64,000 nt of DNA from a virus (lineage: Duplodnaviria; Caudoviricetes), in IMG/VR virus record IMGVR_UViG_3300025918_000011, positions 5,377-69,376 of that record. One strand, 5' to 3'. Both the position numbers and the translations under genes were made by a program. The notes under the pieces were generated by a model. The model was not told the DNA's origin and did not search any database. It worked only from the letters and a program-made list of their open reading frames with translations. This document shows, in pieces, positions 37,520 through 46,374 of this stretch (positions are counted from its first letter, which is position 1; each line of letters starts with the position of its first letter).

Positions 37520-38257
37520 TTAGCGGAGCGAGGTGCTCACCGAACGCACGAGCTGCCACGTCGCGAGCCGGCGCTGCAGGAACGTCGACATCTCGCGCAG
37601 CGCTGCGGCACGGCGTCGAGCGTTGCGGCGCGCCTCGTCGAGCACGTTGGCGTAGGAGTACCGCGCGGCGAGAGACCACGACGGCGCCTGCGCGTCGACG
37701 AAGTCGGCGGGGCGCTCGACCGTCTCGCGGATCGTCTCACGACGCTTGCCGATGTAGCGATCCGTAGGGCGATCGTACGAGAGCGTCTGCGGCGGGCGAG
37801 TCTGTAGCACGACGACGAAGGCGTCGGCGTCCGCGGATTGAGCGGCTACGATCGCCGCGACCTCGCGCAGGCGGTCGCACGATTCGGCGTACGAGTGGTA
37901 CCGTGCGCCGAGGCATGATGCGGTCTGCATGCCGTAGCCGGGGCGCTCGTAGCCGTGGTGCGCGATCACGCCGACGGTGGTGCCGATCTGGCGCCCGCAG
38001 ATTTGGCACTCGCCGACGGTGCCGTCAACGAGGGCGCGCTGGGCGTCGGCTGCTTTGAGCGCGGCCTTCGCGGCGCGCTCTGCGGCGCGAATGGCCTTGC
38101 GGAGCTTTTCGGCTGCGGCGTTCTGCATACGGTGAGCCTCGGCGTGCGCGGAGTCGATGACGTACTGCGGGTAGTTCGGGTTGATCTCGCCGCGGCGCGC
38201 GAGCTCGAGGTTTTCGGCCCAGGCGATTTGAAGTCGGCGACCTGCTGCGCTCTTCAT
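37520..38257 (-). CDS. Zinc-finger phage protein of unknown function, probably leaderless
   Basis: GECQICGR...IAHHGYERPG...SCLG; ATG AAG is 6 nt from the -10 box. Confidence 0.6.
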   Translation of the reverse strand: MKSAAGRRLQIAWAENLELARRGEINPNYPQYVIDSAHAEAHRMQNAAAEKLRKAIRAAERAAKAALKAADAQRALVDGTVGECQICGRQIGTTVGVIAHHGYERPGYGMQTASCLGARYHSYAESCDRLREVAAIVAAQSADADAFVVVLQTRPPQTLSYDRPTDRYIGKRRETIRETVERPADFVDAQAPSWSLAARYSYANVLDEARRNARRRAAALREMSTFLQRRLATWQLVRSVSTSLR

Positions 38258-38263
38258 GGTCAC

Positions 38264-38319
38264 AATATAGTGCTTGCCACTGGCAATCGCAAGGAAAATC
38301 GTACGTGATTGGCAATCAC
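38264..38319 (-). promoter_or_regulatory. Early promoter with operator palindromes
   Basis: TTGCGA-17-TATATT with TTGCCACTGGCAA (38274-38286); GTGATTGGCAATCAC at 38305-38319. Confidence 0.8.
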
Positions 38320-38334
38320 CGCAGGGCGAAGGAG

Positions 38335-38601
38335 TTAGGCGTCGACGCCGACGTCGCTCGTCTTCGTGGCGCAATGGCACAGCGGCTCGTCGAGACCCCA
38401 GCGCCCGACGCCGTGCCGCGTCCGAACGATGTCGGTGGCGAGGGCGCGGGGGTCGACGCCGAAGAGATCGGCCGCGAGCAGCGTCGTCGTGAGGCCAGCG
38501 ATGCTGGCGGAGTCGTGCTCGAGAGTCTCGTCGTTCTGGGCGAGCCATCGAACGGCGTCGCCGTAGGACGGAGTGCGGGTGACGGTCTTGCGGCGGGGCA
38601 T
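38335..38601 (-). CDS. Hypothetical early protein
   Basis: Small ORF in series. Confidence 0.45.
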   Translation of the reverse strand: MPRRKTVTRTPSYGDAVRWLAQNDETLEHDSASIAGLTTTLLAADLFGVDPRALATDIVRTRHGVGRWGLDEPLCHCATKTSDVGVDA

Positions 38602-38812
38602 CAGTACGCCTCTTGCGTTCGCGTGCGCACGAGCCGAACGCCGCAGGCTCTAGCCGCGCGGGGCGTCTTGTGCGCGTGCCCGCACGTCGACGCGTCCGGC
38701 GTCGGGAGCGGAGTGTTTTCGGGCACGTCCAGCGGGAACACGTAGGCGGACCAATGAAGGAAGTTCCCATCATAGCCGTTGGCGTGGGCGATGCCGTAAG
38801 CAAACCGTTTCA

Positions 38813-39370
38813 TCAGGCGACCTCCTCAGCGTTATCGAAGAACGCCCGACGATGCCGAGCGCAGGACTTCACGAGCTCGCCGCCCTCGCGCGTCTCGCAT
38901 CCACACGCCCACGTGCCCCACGAGGCGCCCTTCGGGAGCGAGGCGCCGATCGACTCGAGGTAGCGGCGCGCGACGCCGGCCTCGAGAATGTCGACGCCGT
39001 CGAAGCCGTTCGAGAGGGCGATGCGCGGGAGGATCACGGCGTGCGGGTCGAAGCCGCGGGGGAACAGCGGCGCGAAGTCGACGGGCGGGGCGAGCGGGGC
39101 GGGAGACTTGCGCCGGAGCTCCACGTTGATGCGGCGACGCTTCGCGGCACGGAGGCGAGCGACGTCGGCGCGCGACCAGTTGCACGCGGCGCACACGGCG
39201 AAGTAGCAGGGCGCGGTTTTGGGGTCGGTGGGGGTCGCGGCGTGCGCGCGGCACTGGGCGCAGGTATCGAAGTTGTGCGTGCGGCGATGGCGACCCTTGC
39301 CGTCGCTGAGCTCGGGGACCGGGAGATGCGGCGCGGTGGCCGCGGTGTAGAACGTCAGCTCGAGGGGCAT
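38813..39370 (-). CDS. Cys-rich hypothetical early protein
   Basis: CAQC, CAAC, CGC...C motifs; start overlaps the upstream stop. Confidence 0.5.
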   Translation of the reverse strand: MPLELTFYTAATAPHLPVPELSDGKGRHRRTHNFDTCAQCRAHAATPTDPKTAPCYFAVCAACNWSRADVARLRAAKRRRINVELRRKSPAPLAPPVDFAPLFPRGFDPHAVILPRIALSNGFDGVDILEAGVARRYLESIGASLPKGASWGTWACGCETREGGELVKSCARHRRAFFDNAEEVA

Positions 39371-39570
39371 TAGCGCCCCCCGACCAGCGTGCCGAGGTAG
39401 AGCCATTGCCCGATCGCCGGCACGTACTCGTCGACGTGGACGTTAGTGACCGAGGCCGAGACGATCGTCGTGAAGCGGTAGTAGCCCCCGACGTGCGCCA
39501 TCGGGTGCCGCGCGGCGATCTCGAAACCCTTGCTCGTCTTGCCCGTCGTCGGCGTCGCTTCGTTCTTCAT
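39370..39570 (-). CDS. Small hypothetical protein, probably leaderless
   Basis: ATG AAG is 6 nt from the -10 box. Confidence 0.5.
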   Translation of the reverse strand: MKNEATPTTGKTSKGFEIAARHPMAHVGGYYRFTTIVSASVTNVHVDEYVPAIGQWLYLGTLVGGR

Positions 39571-39576
39571 GCCCCA

Positions 39577-39707
39577 AAGATAGGCGCTTGCCACTGGCAA
39601 GTCAATAGGCCGATCAAAGATTCTGTGTGATTGCCAATCCTCGGGAAAGATTGCCACTGGCAAGACCTCATTTAGGCATTGACAGGTGATTGGCAATCAC
39701 CTATATT
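39577..39707. promoter_or_regulatory. Divergent promoter pair with four operator sites
   Basis: Leftward TTGACT-17-TATCTT (39605-39577). Rightward TTGACA (39679-84)-17-TATATT (39702-07), whose spacer is the 17-bp palindrome GGTGATTGGCAATCACC. TTGCCACTGGCAA at 39588 and 39651. Confidence 0.88.
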
Positions 39708-39714
39708 CAAGAAC

Positions 39715-40158
39715 ATGAAGAGCGCGAACGACGCGGCGAAGGCGACGCAGACGGCGACGGGCGAGACGAAGATCGATTCGGCGCACGCGTTGGCGCTGCG
39801 GGTCGCGAGCTTCATCGCGGACCTCCCGAGCGTCGGGCGGTTCGCGACGCTGCAGGGGCGCGCGGACTGGATCCTCGCGAACGGTAACGACGCGATCCCG
39901 CGCGGGCGAGGGCGCTCAGCGCAAGGCGTCGGGATCATCGACTTCGCCCTGCGGCACATCGCGCGCAGCTCGAGCGCGCGGCCAATGTTCTCGCTGTGCT
40001 CGTACTGCGGCGACCTCATCGCGGTGAAGGAGTACGGATCCGCGAATCCGTGCGTGAGTCACGGTGGGCACCCGGCGTGCATTGAGAAGGAGTTCCCGGA
40101 ATACGCCGCGGCGATGGCAGCGATGCGCGCCGCTGAGCAGAAGGAGCGGAGCAAGTGA
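39715..40158 (+). CDS. Hypothetical protein, probably leaderless (first gene of the plus-strand island)
   Basis: ATG AAG is 7 nt after the -10 box; CSYC...HGGHPAC. Confidence 0.6.
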   Translation: MKSANDAAKATQTATGETKIDSAHALALRVASFIADLPSVGRFATLQGRADWILANGNDAIPRGRGRSAQGVGIIDFALRHIARSSSARPMFSLCSYCGDLIAVKEYGSANPCVSHGGHPACIEKEFPEYAAAMAAMRAAEQKERSK

Positions 40159-40763
40159 GCGGATCGAAGAGCGCGAATGCCGTCGCCGTCGCCGTCGTGA
40201 TCGCGGGTGCCGTGTTGTCGGGCGCCTGCTCGCCGTCGAGGTTGTCGCCGGTCGACGCGTCGCCGGTGCCCGGGCAGGGCTCGATCGGCGAGCGTGGCGC
40301 GCCGGTCATCGTCTATGTGCAGTGGGATCGCAACGTCAGCGAGGCGGCGATCAACGCCGCGATCGACGACGCGGAGCGCGCGGCGGGCGGGGCGCTGCAG
40401 GTGCGCCGGCAGCAGGTAGGGCGCCCGTTGATCAAGGTGAGCGTCAACGACAACGCGATCGACGCTGAGAACGCGCGGCGCGGGGTCGACGGGATTATCG
40501 CGTATACGATCCCGTCGGGTCCGTGCGAGGGCGCGGTGACGCTGGGATCGCCGACCTCGACGAATCACTGGGCGATCCTGCACGAGCTCGGGCATGTGTT
40601 GATCGGCGAGCACTCGAAGTTCGCCGACGACGTGATGTTCCCATACGAGACGCCCGAGAACGGTCAAAGCGCGGATCGCGGATACAGCGCCCGCGAGACG
40701 TCGTACTTGCGCGCGGGGCTCGCTGCGGGCTGCGCGCGAATCAGAGAAAGTGATTGGAGGTAA
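40155..40763 (+). CDS. Lipoprotein zinc metallopeptidase (metzincin/matrixin-like)
   Basis: Signal peptide with lipobox LSGA-C; HELGHVLIGEHS zinc motif and Met-turn DVMFPY. Confidence 0.8.
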   Translation: MSGSKSANAVAVAVVIAGAVLSGACSPSRLSPVDASPVPGQGSIGERGAPVIVYVQWDRNVSEAAINAAIDDAERAAGGALQVRRQQVGRPLIKVSVNDNAIDAENARRGVDGIIAYTIPSGPCEGAVTLGSPTSTNHWAILHELGHVLIGEHSKFADDVMFPYETPENGQSADRGYSARETSYLRAGLAAGCARIRESDWR

Positions 40764-41368
40764 TGCGAGCCATGGGCGGGATCATCGTTAAGCTGGGCGG
40801 GCTGTATTGCGAGTGGTCAAGCGCGTGCGACGCACCGCGCACGCACTTCATGCCGCGCCGCGAGTTCATGCAGTACTTGCGGGCTAGGTACTGCGGCGAC
40901 GCTGAGCGCGACATCGCCGAGCGCATGAAGCGCGTCGAGGAGCGCGGCACGTCGTCGATGGTTGATGCGAGCGCTGAGGAGGTCGTCGAGGGGAATCGCG
41001 CGGGGATCGGCGAGAGCGAGTTGTCGGTCGAGGAGCTGCTCGAGCAGTACGTGCCGGCGCCCGAGCGCGAGCGGGCGAAGGAGAGGCCAGCGCCGACGCC
41101 AACGCCCCCGCCGTCGACCACGCCAACGCACGACGCCATCGTCGAGGAGCTGCTCGAGGTACAGAAGATGCACCGACGCGAGGCCGACGCGGTGCTCGTC
41201 GAGATGCTCGAGGCGATGCGCGACGGGCACGTGCAGGGCGCGCAGGAGTTGCTCGAGCAGCTCGCGTCGCTGCTCGCCGCGGGGCTCGTACCGACCGTCG
41301 AGAACGGTACCGCCGTCGACGCTCGAGGACGTTGGGCGTCGTTCATTGTCGAGAGGCCCGCACGATGA
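40763..41368 (+). CDS. Hypothetical protein
   Basis: GGAGG RBS; ATG overlaps the upstream TAA. Confidence 0.55.
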   Translation: MRAMGGIIVKLGGLYCEWSSACDAPRTHFMPRREFMQYLRARYCGDAERDIAERMKRVEERGTSSMVDASAEEVVEGNRAGIGESELSVEELLEQYVPAPERERAKERPAPTPTPPPSTTPTHDAIVEELLEVQKMHRREADAVLVEMLEAMRDGHVQGAQELLEQLASLLAAGLVPTVENGTAVDARGRWASFIVERPAR

Positions 41369-41622
41369 GCGCCTCGAGCTCGAGCTCGCCCTCGACCTCG
41401 CCGTCGCTCAACGAGCACGGCGTCGCCGAGCCTACCGCGCGCGGCTGGTACTGGATCCGCAATCGGCACAACGCTTGGACGATCGTCTATCGGTTCGAGA
41501 TCTCGATCGTCGAGGGCGACCGCGAGTGCCCGTGGTCGATGATGTTCAGCGACGTCATGCTAGATTGGCGCGAGCTCGGGGCGCTCGAGGTGCGCGGGCC
41601 GATCGAGGAGCCGGGCGCATGA
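41365..41622 (+). CDS. Hypothetical protein
   Basis: Coupled ORF; PTARGWYW motif. Confidence 0.5.
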   Translation: MSASSSSSPSTSPSLNEHGVAEPTARGWYWIRNRHNAWTIVYRFEISIVEGDRECPWSMMFSDVMLDWRELGALEVRGPIEEPGA

Positions 41623-42059
41623 GCCGGGGCGAAGGCGGTTTTCGAAATGGCCCGGCGCCCGAACATTCGATCCTCGATATAGTGCTCGCGGTGCTGTTCG
41701 CGATCGCGTTTCTCTACGTGATATGGCTGCTCGAGGTCGACGGCGTGATGGGGCCCGACGGTCCTGAGCCGGAGGTGCCCGCGCGTCCGGCGATCGGCGC
41801 AGGCATGGCGGGGCCCGACGCCAACGCGCACCGGGCGTATGCGAGGGGCGAGGCCGCGGGCATCGGCGTGTATCGAGGGGCGTGGGCGTCGGCGCCCGAC
41901 GGGCTGCCGTGGTACGAGGTGCCGTATGATCCGGAGCTGTGGAAGGCGTCCCCACGATGGAAGGACTTGAGAGTGGGGCGCGAGAGCTCGCTCGAGGTCG
42001 TATATCGGTCGACGCCGACGGCGATGCCGGCGTCGATGGCGAAGGAGAGATCGAAATGA
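41619..42059 (+). CDS. Membrane protein
   Basis: TM segment ILDIVLAVLFAIAFLYVIWLL. Confidence 0.55.
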   Translation: MSRGEGGFRNGPAPEHSILDIVLAVLFAIAFLYVIWLLEVDGVMGPDGPEPEVPARPAIGAGMAGPDANAHRAYARGEAAGIGVYRGAWASAPDGLPWYEVPYDPELWKASPRWKDLRVGRESSLEVVYRSTPTAMPASMAKERSK

Positions 42060-42406
42060 CGACGACGATGACGATTATGCGAAGGCTCGGAGCGCGGGCG
42101 ACGGCGTTGGCGCTGGCGATCTACGGCTGCGGCTGCGTCGTGCGAGTGCGCGTCGTCGACGTCGCGATCGAGCATCCAACGTCCGTGCCGTGCATGCCGA
42201 CATGGATCACGCCGCAGACGGTGCCGCCATCGTGGGCGCCGTCGCCATCGCTGTCGACGGTGAAGCCGATCTTCTGCACGGATACTCGCGGGTGCTGGTC
42301 GACGACGTTCGCGATCCGCGAAGTGCCCGCCGACGCCAGCGCCCCCGGCATCGTCGGCGTCAGCGGCGACGGCAGCGTCGGCGTTACCACTCCCAAGAAT
42401 CCATAA
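42056..42406 (+). CDS. Possible lipoprotein / exported protein
   Basis: MRRLGARATALALAIYGC signal-like N-terminus. Confidence 0.45.
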   Translation: MTTTMTIMRRLGARATALALAIYGCGCVVRVRVVDVAIEHPTSVPCMPTWITPQTVPPSWAPSPSLSTVKPIFCTDTRGCWSTTFAIREVPADASAPGIVGVSGDGSVGVTTPKNP

Positions 42407-43826
42407 CCATAGTCATCGTCCCTGTGGACTGGTAGTAGTACAAGACGCCGTAGTCCGTCTCGACGGGCCCGACCGATTGCCTCGCCGACGCCGACGTCGA
42501 CATGACCGCGGCCCCCGCCTCGCGCGCGCCCGTGCCGGAGATCCCGAAACCTTCGTAGATCGGACCGATCGCGCTGAGGCACCCGCCCGAGCAGGCGTTA
42601 TTGTTGATGTTCGCCCAGAGTTTGACGCGCACCGACGGGGGCACGCCGCCCTCGGCGTCGAGCGTTAGATAGTTGACGGACGCCGTGGTCGCAGTTGCGC
42701 CGGAGACGAGCGTCTGCGTCGTGAGCGGCGTTACAACGCGATCATACGCCGTGAACGGCACGAGGTTCGAGCTACCGTCGGCGAACACGTGGCCGATGAG
42801 CGAGTACTGGTCGTAGCCCGAGGGCATCGTCGGGACGAAGGTGCCCGTCGAGACGAGCGCCCCGAAGTACGCGTCGGAGGTCGCGCCCGTCCACGTCGAG
42901 GCGCCGTCGAAGGTTTTGATTTGACCGCCCGCGTAGACGTCGGAGTTTTTGATTGCGATGCGAACGTAGTTGGCGCCCGAGACGGTGAAGTCGCCTTGCG
43001 CGACTATGTGGTACTGCGTCGTCGCCGTTGCGGTGTAGGGCGTCGTAAAAATGAAGTGCGTGCCGACGACCGCGGCGAACGTAGGCAGCTTCGAGACGTC
43101 GATCACGTGCGAGGTCGCGAGCACGACGCCGGACGGCGAGCCGGCGCTGTCGCTCTCGAGAGTAAGCCACATGTTGCCGGTGGGCGTGCCCGTCTTCGAA
43201 AGATTGAGCAGGATAACGTTGACGGGCTGCGAGACCGTGAACTTGACGCCCTGCGCGACTTTGGTGCGCGACGAAGCGTCTCGGAGTGCGACGGTAGAGT
43301 CGACCGTGAGCTGCGTGGCGTCGAAAGAGTAGTACGGCGTACGGTGCAGCATGAGGCCGCGCGTGCCGTCGGACGACTTGCGGATCGCGTAGACGCCGTT
43401 CCACGACGACGCGACTATCGAGCCGGTATCGACGCCGCCCGCGCCGGACTGCGTTTTGTCGGCGATCAAGTTCGTCCAATCGGAGACGCCGGTGCCGTCG
43501 TTGAGGATGATCGTGTCGGCGTGCTGAAGGACGACCTTCGAGGTACGTTGATTGGCGTCGGGGTGAGTACGCAGCACGACCCCGCGAAAAAAACCCGCCG
43601 CTGCGGCTTGGTTTTCGAAGAGATAAAGCATGTCGTCGCGCAAGTAGGTATTGAGGCGCGACTCCGTGACGTGATCGCCGTGCGACCACGTGCGCGGGGT
43701 TGTCCATACGGTGCCGAGCAGCGAGCCGAGGCCGACGAACGCGACGAACGCTGCGGTGCCGATGGCGATGCCGTGCAGGATGCGGCGATGCGCGCGGCGC
43801 GAGATGCGGGATAGGCGATTGCTCAT
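42384..43826 (-). CDS. Tail fibre / receptor-binding minor tail protein
   Basis: WTTPRTWSHGDHVTESRLNTYLRDDM resembles minor-tail N-terminal modules; beta-rich G/S/T body; last gene of the tail operon. Confidence 0.7.
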   Translation of the reverse strand: MSNRLSRISRRAHRRILHGIAIGTAAFVAFVGLGSLLGTVWTTPRTWSHGDHVTESRLNTYLRDDMLYLFENQAAAAGFFRGVVLRTHPDANQRTSKVVLQHADTIILNDGTGVSDWTNLIADKTQSGAGGVDTGSIVASSWNGVYAIRKSSDGTRGLMLHRTPYYSFDATQLTVDSTVALRDASSRTKVAQGVKFTVSQPVNVILLNLSKTGTPTGNMWLTLESDSAGSPSGVVLATSHVIDVSKLPTFAAVVGTHFIFTTPYTATATTQYHIVAQGDFTVSGANYVRIAIKNSDVYAGGQIKTFDGASTWTGATSDAYFGALVSTGTFVPTMPSGYDQYSLIGHVFADGSSNLVPFTAYDRVVTPLTTQTLVSGATATTASVNYLTLDAEGGVPPSVRVKLWANINNNACSGGCLSAIGPIYEGFGISGTGAREAGAAVMSTSASARQSVGPVETDYGVLYYYQSTGTMTMVMDSWEW

Positions 43827-44203
43827 GGCTTGTGCTCCTTCGAGTTCGAGTTCGAGATAACGCCGGGCGTGGGCTCGGGGGCGTTGGCAGCGTTGGCGCC
43901 GACCGTCGTCGACGTGAGCCCCGCCGAGGTCGAGCCCGACGCATCGATAACGACGCCGTCGACGACGCGGCCATCGCGGTCGGGGCGCGTTCGCGGACTG
44001 CCGTCGGCGTTGAGCCCGAGCACCCGCGCCACGTGCGCCGCTTGCCTCGCGCACGTCACGGCAAGATCGTCGCCCGCGGGGTTGCGCAGCGCGGCGCCGA
44101 GTCGTGCGAGCGCCCCGAGCGCCTCCATGAGGACGACGAGCCCTTCGCTGAGCGCTTGGGCGTTCTCGGCGTTGACGAATACCTGCGGCGATGGTGATGG
44201 CAT
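43823..44203 (-). CDS. Hypothetical protein in the tail operon
   Basis: Coupled ORF between tail genes. Confidence 0.5.
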   Translation of the reverse strand: MPSPSPQVFVNAENAQALSEGLVVLMEALGALARLGAALRNPAGDDLAVTCARQAAHVARVLGLNADGSPRTRPDRDGRVVDGVVIDASGSTSAGLTSTTVGANAANAPEPTPGVISNSNSKEHKP

Positions 44204-44216
44204 TGCGGGGCGCCCC

Positions 44217-46355
44217 TTACAGCGGTCCGACGACGGCGTCGCCGTCGACCTCGTCTTGACCTTCGATGTCGACGCGGAAGTACAGAAGCGGATCGGCCGG
44301 CGCGAGCTGCCACGTGCGCACGAGGATCGGCCCGGGCTGCAGCTCGCCCGACATGCCGACGATGTGGTAACCGACGGGGTTGCCGTCGCCGTCGGTGGCG
44401 CTGAGCCCGGTAACGGTCTCGCGCAGCCCGACGCGGTCGCCGATCTCGAGGCGCAGCGCGGCGCGCATGTGCTCGGCGCTGAGGTTGCCGAGGAACTGCA
44501 CGGCGCCCGGGCGATCGATCGCGCGCGAGTAGAGCGAGAGGAGGTACGCGCAGGCGTCGGCGCCCGCGCTCACGCTGGACTGCAGCGACATGTCGACGGA
44601 GGCCGCGGTCTCGCCGAACTGATCGATCGAGGGTTGATCGACGACGGTCGTCGTTTTGTTCTCGAGCTGGCGGATCGCGCGCCCGCGGATCTGCGCGTGC
44701 GTGACGTAGGCGCCCTCGTCGCCGTTGTTGACGAAGCGGATCACGGCGGACGACCCCGATACCGTTGGCAGCGTCACGGTGAAGTCCGCGGTGCGGTCGT
44801 TGTCGTCGACCTGCGAAGAGTAGACGAGTACGACGCTCGCCTTGACCCACGTGGGCGCAGCGCTCGACCAGTTGAACGCCGAGCCGAACTCAGCGGCGTT
44901 GAACGCCGCGACGGTCCAATCGACGTTACCGGGCGCCTTCGGCAGTAGCTTCGTAAACGTGTAGAGGCCGGCGTTCGCCCCCTCGCCGGTCGAGTCGCCG
45001 AAGTCGTCGAAGTCGATGTCGTTGAGGCGAACGCGCACGTGCCAATTGACGTGTGAGTTCGACGAGTTGTGACGCACCTCGACGACGAACTTTACGCCGG
45101 TGATCGTGGCGTTGGGCGCGGCGGGGGGCGTGGCGATCTCGGTGAAGATCACCGTTGTATATTGGAACGCCGCCGTTGGCGTGAGGCCCGTGGTGTTGTC
45201 GTTGTCGGCGAGATCGGCGATCGACCCCGAGATCTCGCTGTAGTGCCCGACGGCGACGGGCGTCGCGGTGAACGGGGTATCGGGCGACCCCGACGAGGTC
45301 GGCGCCGTCGACATCGAGTAGTCGAGGTTCGCCACGAGATCCTGCACGTCGATCGCGCCAACGCGCTCGTGCGACGTCGGGTCGATGAAGTCCGCGCGGT
45401 ACTCGATGGACTCGCCCGCGGCGACGAGGTCGTGCGAGTCGGAGGACCACAGCACGCTGAAGAACGCGTCGACGCTGCGCGGATGCACCGTGACGTCGAT
45501 GTGGTTCACGATGTCGCCGCGCGAGCGCTTGGTGCGCACGCTCTGCATTGTGCCGTCGAGCACGAAGAGGTTCTCGTTCGAGCCGATGCGCGCGTAACGG
45601 TTCTGGTATCGGAACGCCCCGCCGCGCGTTACGAAGCCGTAGTCGAGCCCGGAGCGCAGCGCCTTCGCGATCTCGGTGACGGCAGTGGTATCGCCGTCGC
45701 GGATATCGTCGAACGCGAGCGGGTAGACATCGGAGCCGGTATCGAGGATCGTGCCGCCCGGTGGCTGAATGGCGTTGGCGGCGATGATCGCGGCGATCAC
45801 TTCGTCGGCGCGCACGCCGTCGAGAATCGAGAGCCCGCGGATCTTGTGCTGCGCGGCCTCTTCCATCCAGTCCTTGCAGGAGACGGAGACGGTGCGCCCG
45901 TCGAGAAACCCGCCCTCGACGTCGATCTCGTCGACGCGGCCGACCCACTCGACGGTCCACTCGCCCTGGTAGGCGATCTCGAGGAGCACGGGAACGCCGA
46001 TGTCCCAACCGGAGCGCCGCGCGGTGCGATGCGCGGGCGAGTAGTGCCCGAGGCGCCGCGCGTAGTTGCGGGCCGAGTTGTTCAACGTGAACGTGAGATG
46101 GCCGGTTTCGGCAAGGCGATCGTTCGGGCCGGACGACGTGTTGCCGCGATCCCAGTGCACGCCGTACGAGTCGATGACGTCGACGGAGACGTCGTCGTAG
46201 GTGTCGAAGTTGGTGGCGTCGGCGTCGGGCCCTAGCGCCATGCGGATTCGCCACTGGAGGTCGCGGTAGGCAGTGGGGCGCAGGCGTCGGGGCGCGAAGA
46301 TCTGCGGCTCGGGGCGCTGGTCGATCTCGCGAGCGTCGGGATTGGCGAATGTCAT
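44217..46355 (-). CDS. Tail tip/baseplate hub protein
   Basis: 712 aa, directly after the tape measure gene; GDIVNHIDV and SIDQFGE motifs typical of siphophage hub proteins; internal beta-rich insert. Confidence 0.8.
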   Translation of the reverse strand: MTFANPDAREIDQRPEPQIFAPRRLRPTAYRDLQWRIRMALGPDADATNFDTYDDVSVDVIDSYGVHWDRGNTSSGPNDRLAETGHLTFTLNNSARNYARRLGHYSPAHRTARRSGWDIGVPVLLEIAYQGEWTVEWVGRVDEIDVEGGFLDGRTVSVSCKDWMEEAAQHKIRGLSILDGVRADEVIAAIIAANAIQPPGGTILDTGSDVYPLAFDDIRDGDTTAVTEIAKALRSGLDYGFVTRGGAFRYQNRYARIGSNENLFVLDGTMQSVRTKRSRGDIVNHIDVTVHPRSVDAFFSVLWSSDSHDLVAAGESIEYRADFIDPTSHERVGAIDVQDLVANLDYSMSTAPTSSGSPDTPFTATPVAVGHYSEISGSIADLADNDNTTGLTPTAAFQYTTVIFTEIATPPAAPNATITGVKFVVEVRHNSSNSHVNWHVRVRLNDIDFDDFGDSTGEGANAGLYTFTKLLPKAPGNVDWTVAAFNAAEFGSAFNWSSAAPTWVKASVVLVYSSQVDDNDRTADFTVTLPTVSGSSAVIRFVNNGDEGAYVTHAQIRGRAIRQLENKTTTVVDQPSIDQFGETAASVDMSLQSSVSAGADACAYLLSLYSRAIDRPGAVQFLGNLSAEHMRAALRLEIGDRVGLRETVTGLSATDGDGNPVGYHIVGMSGELQPGPILVRTWQLAPADPLLYFRVDIEGQDEVDGDAVVGPL

Positions 46356-46374
46356 CGAGCGATCCTCATCGTCG

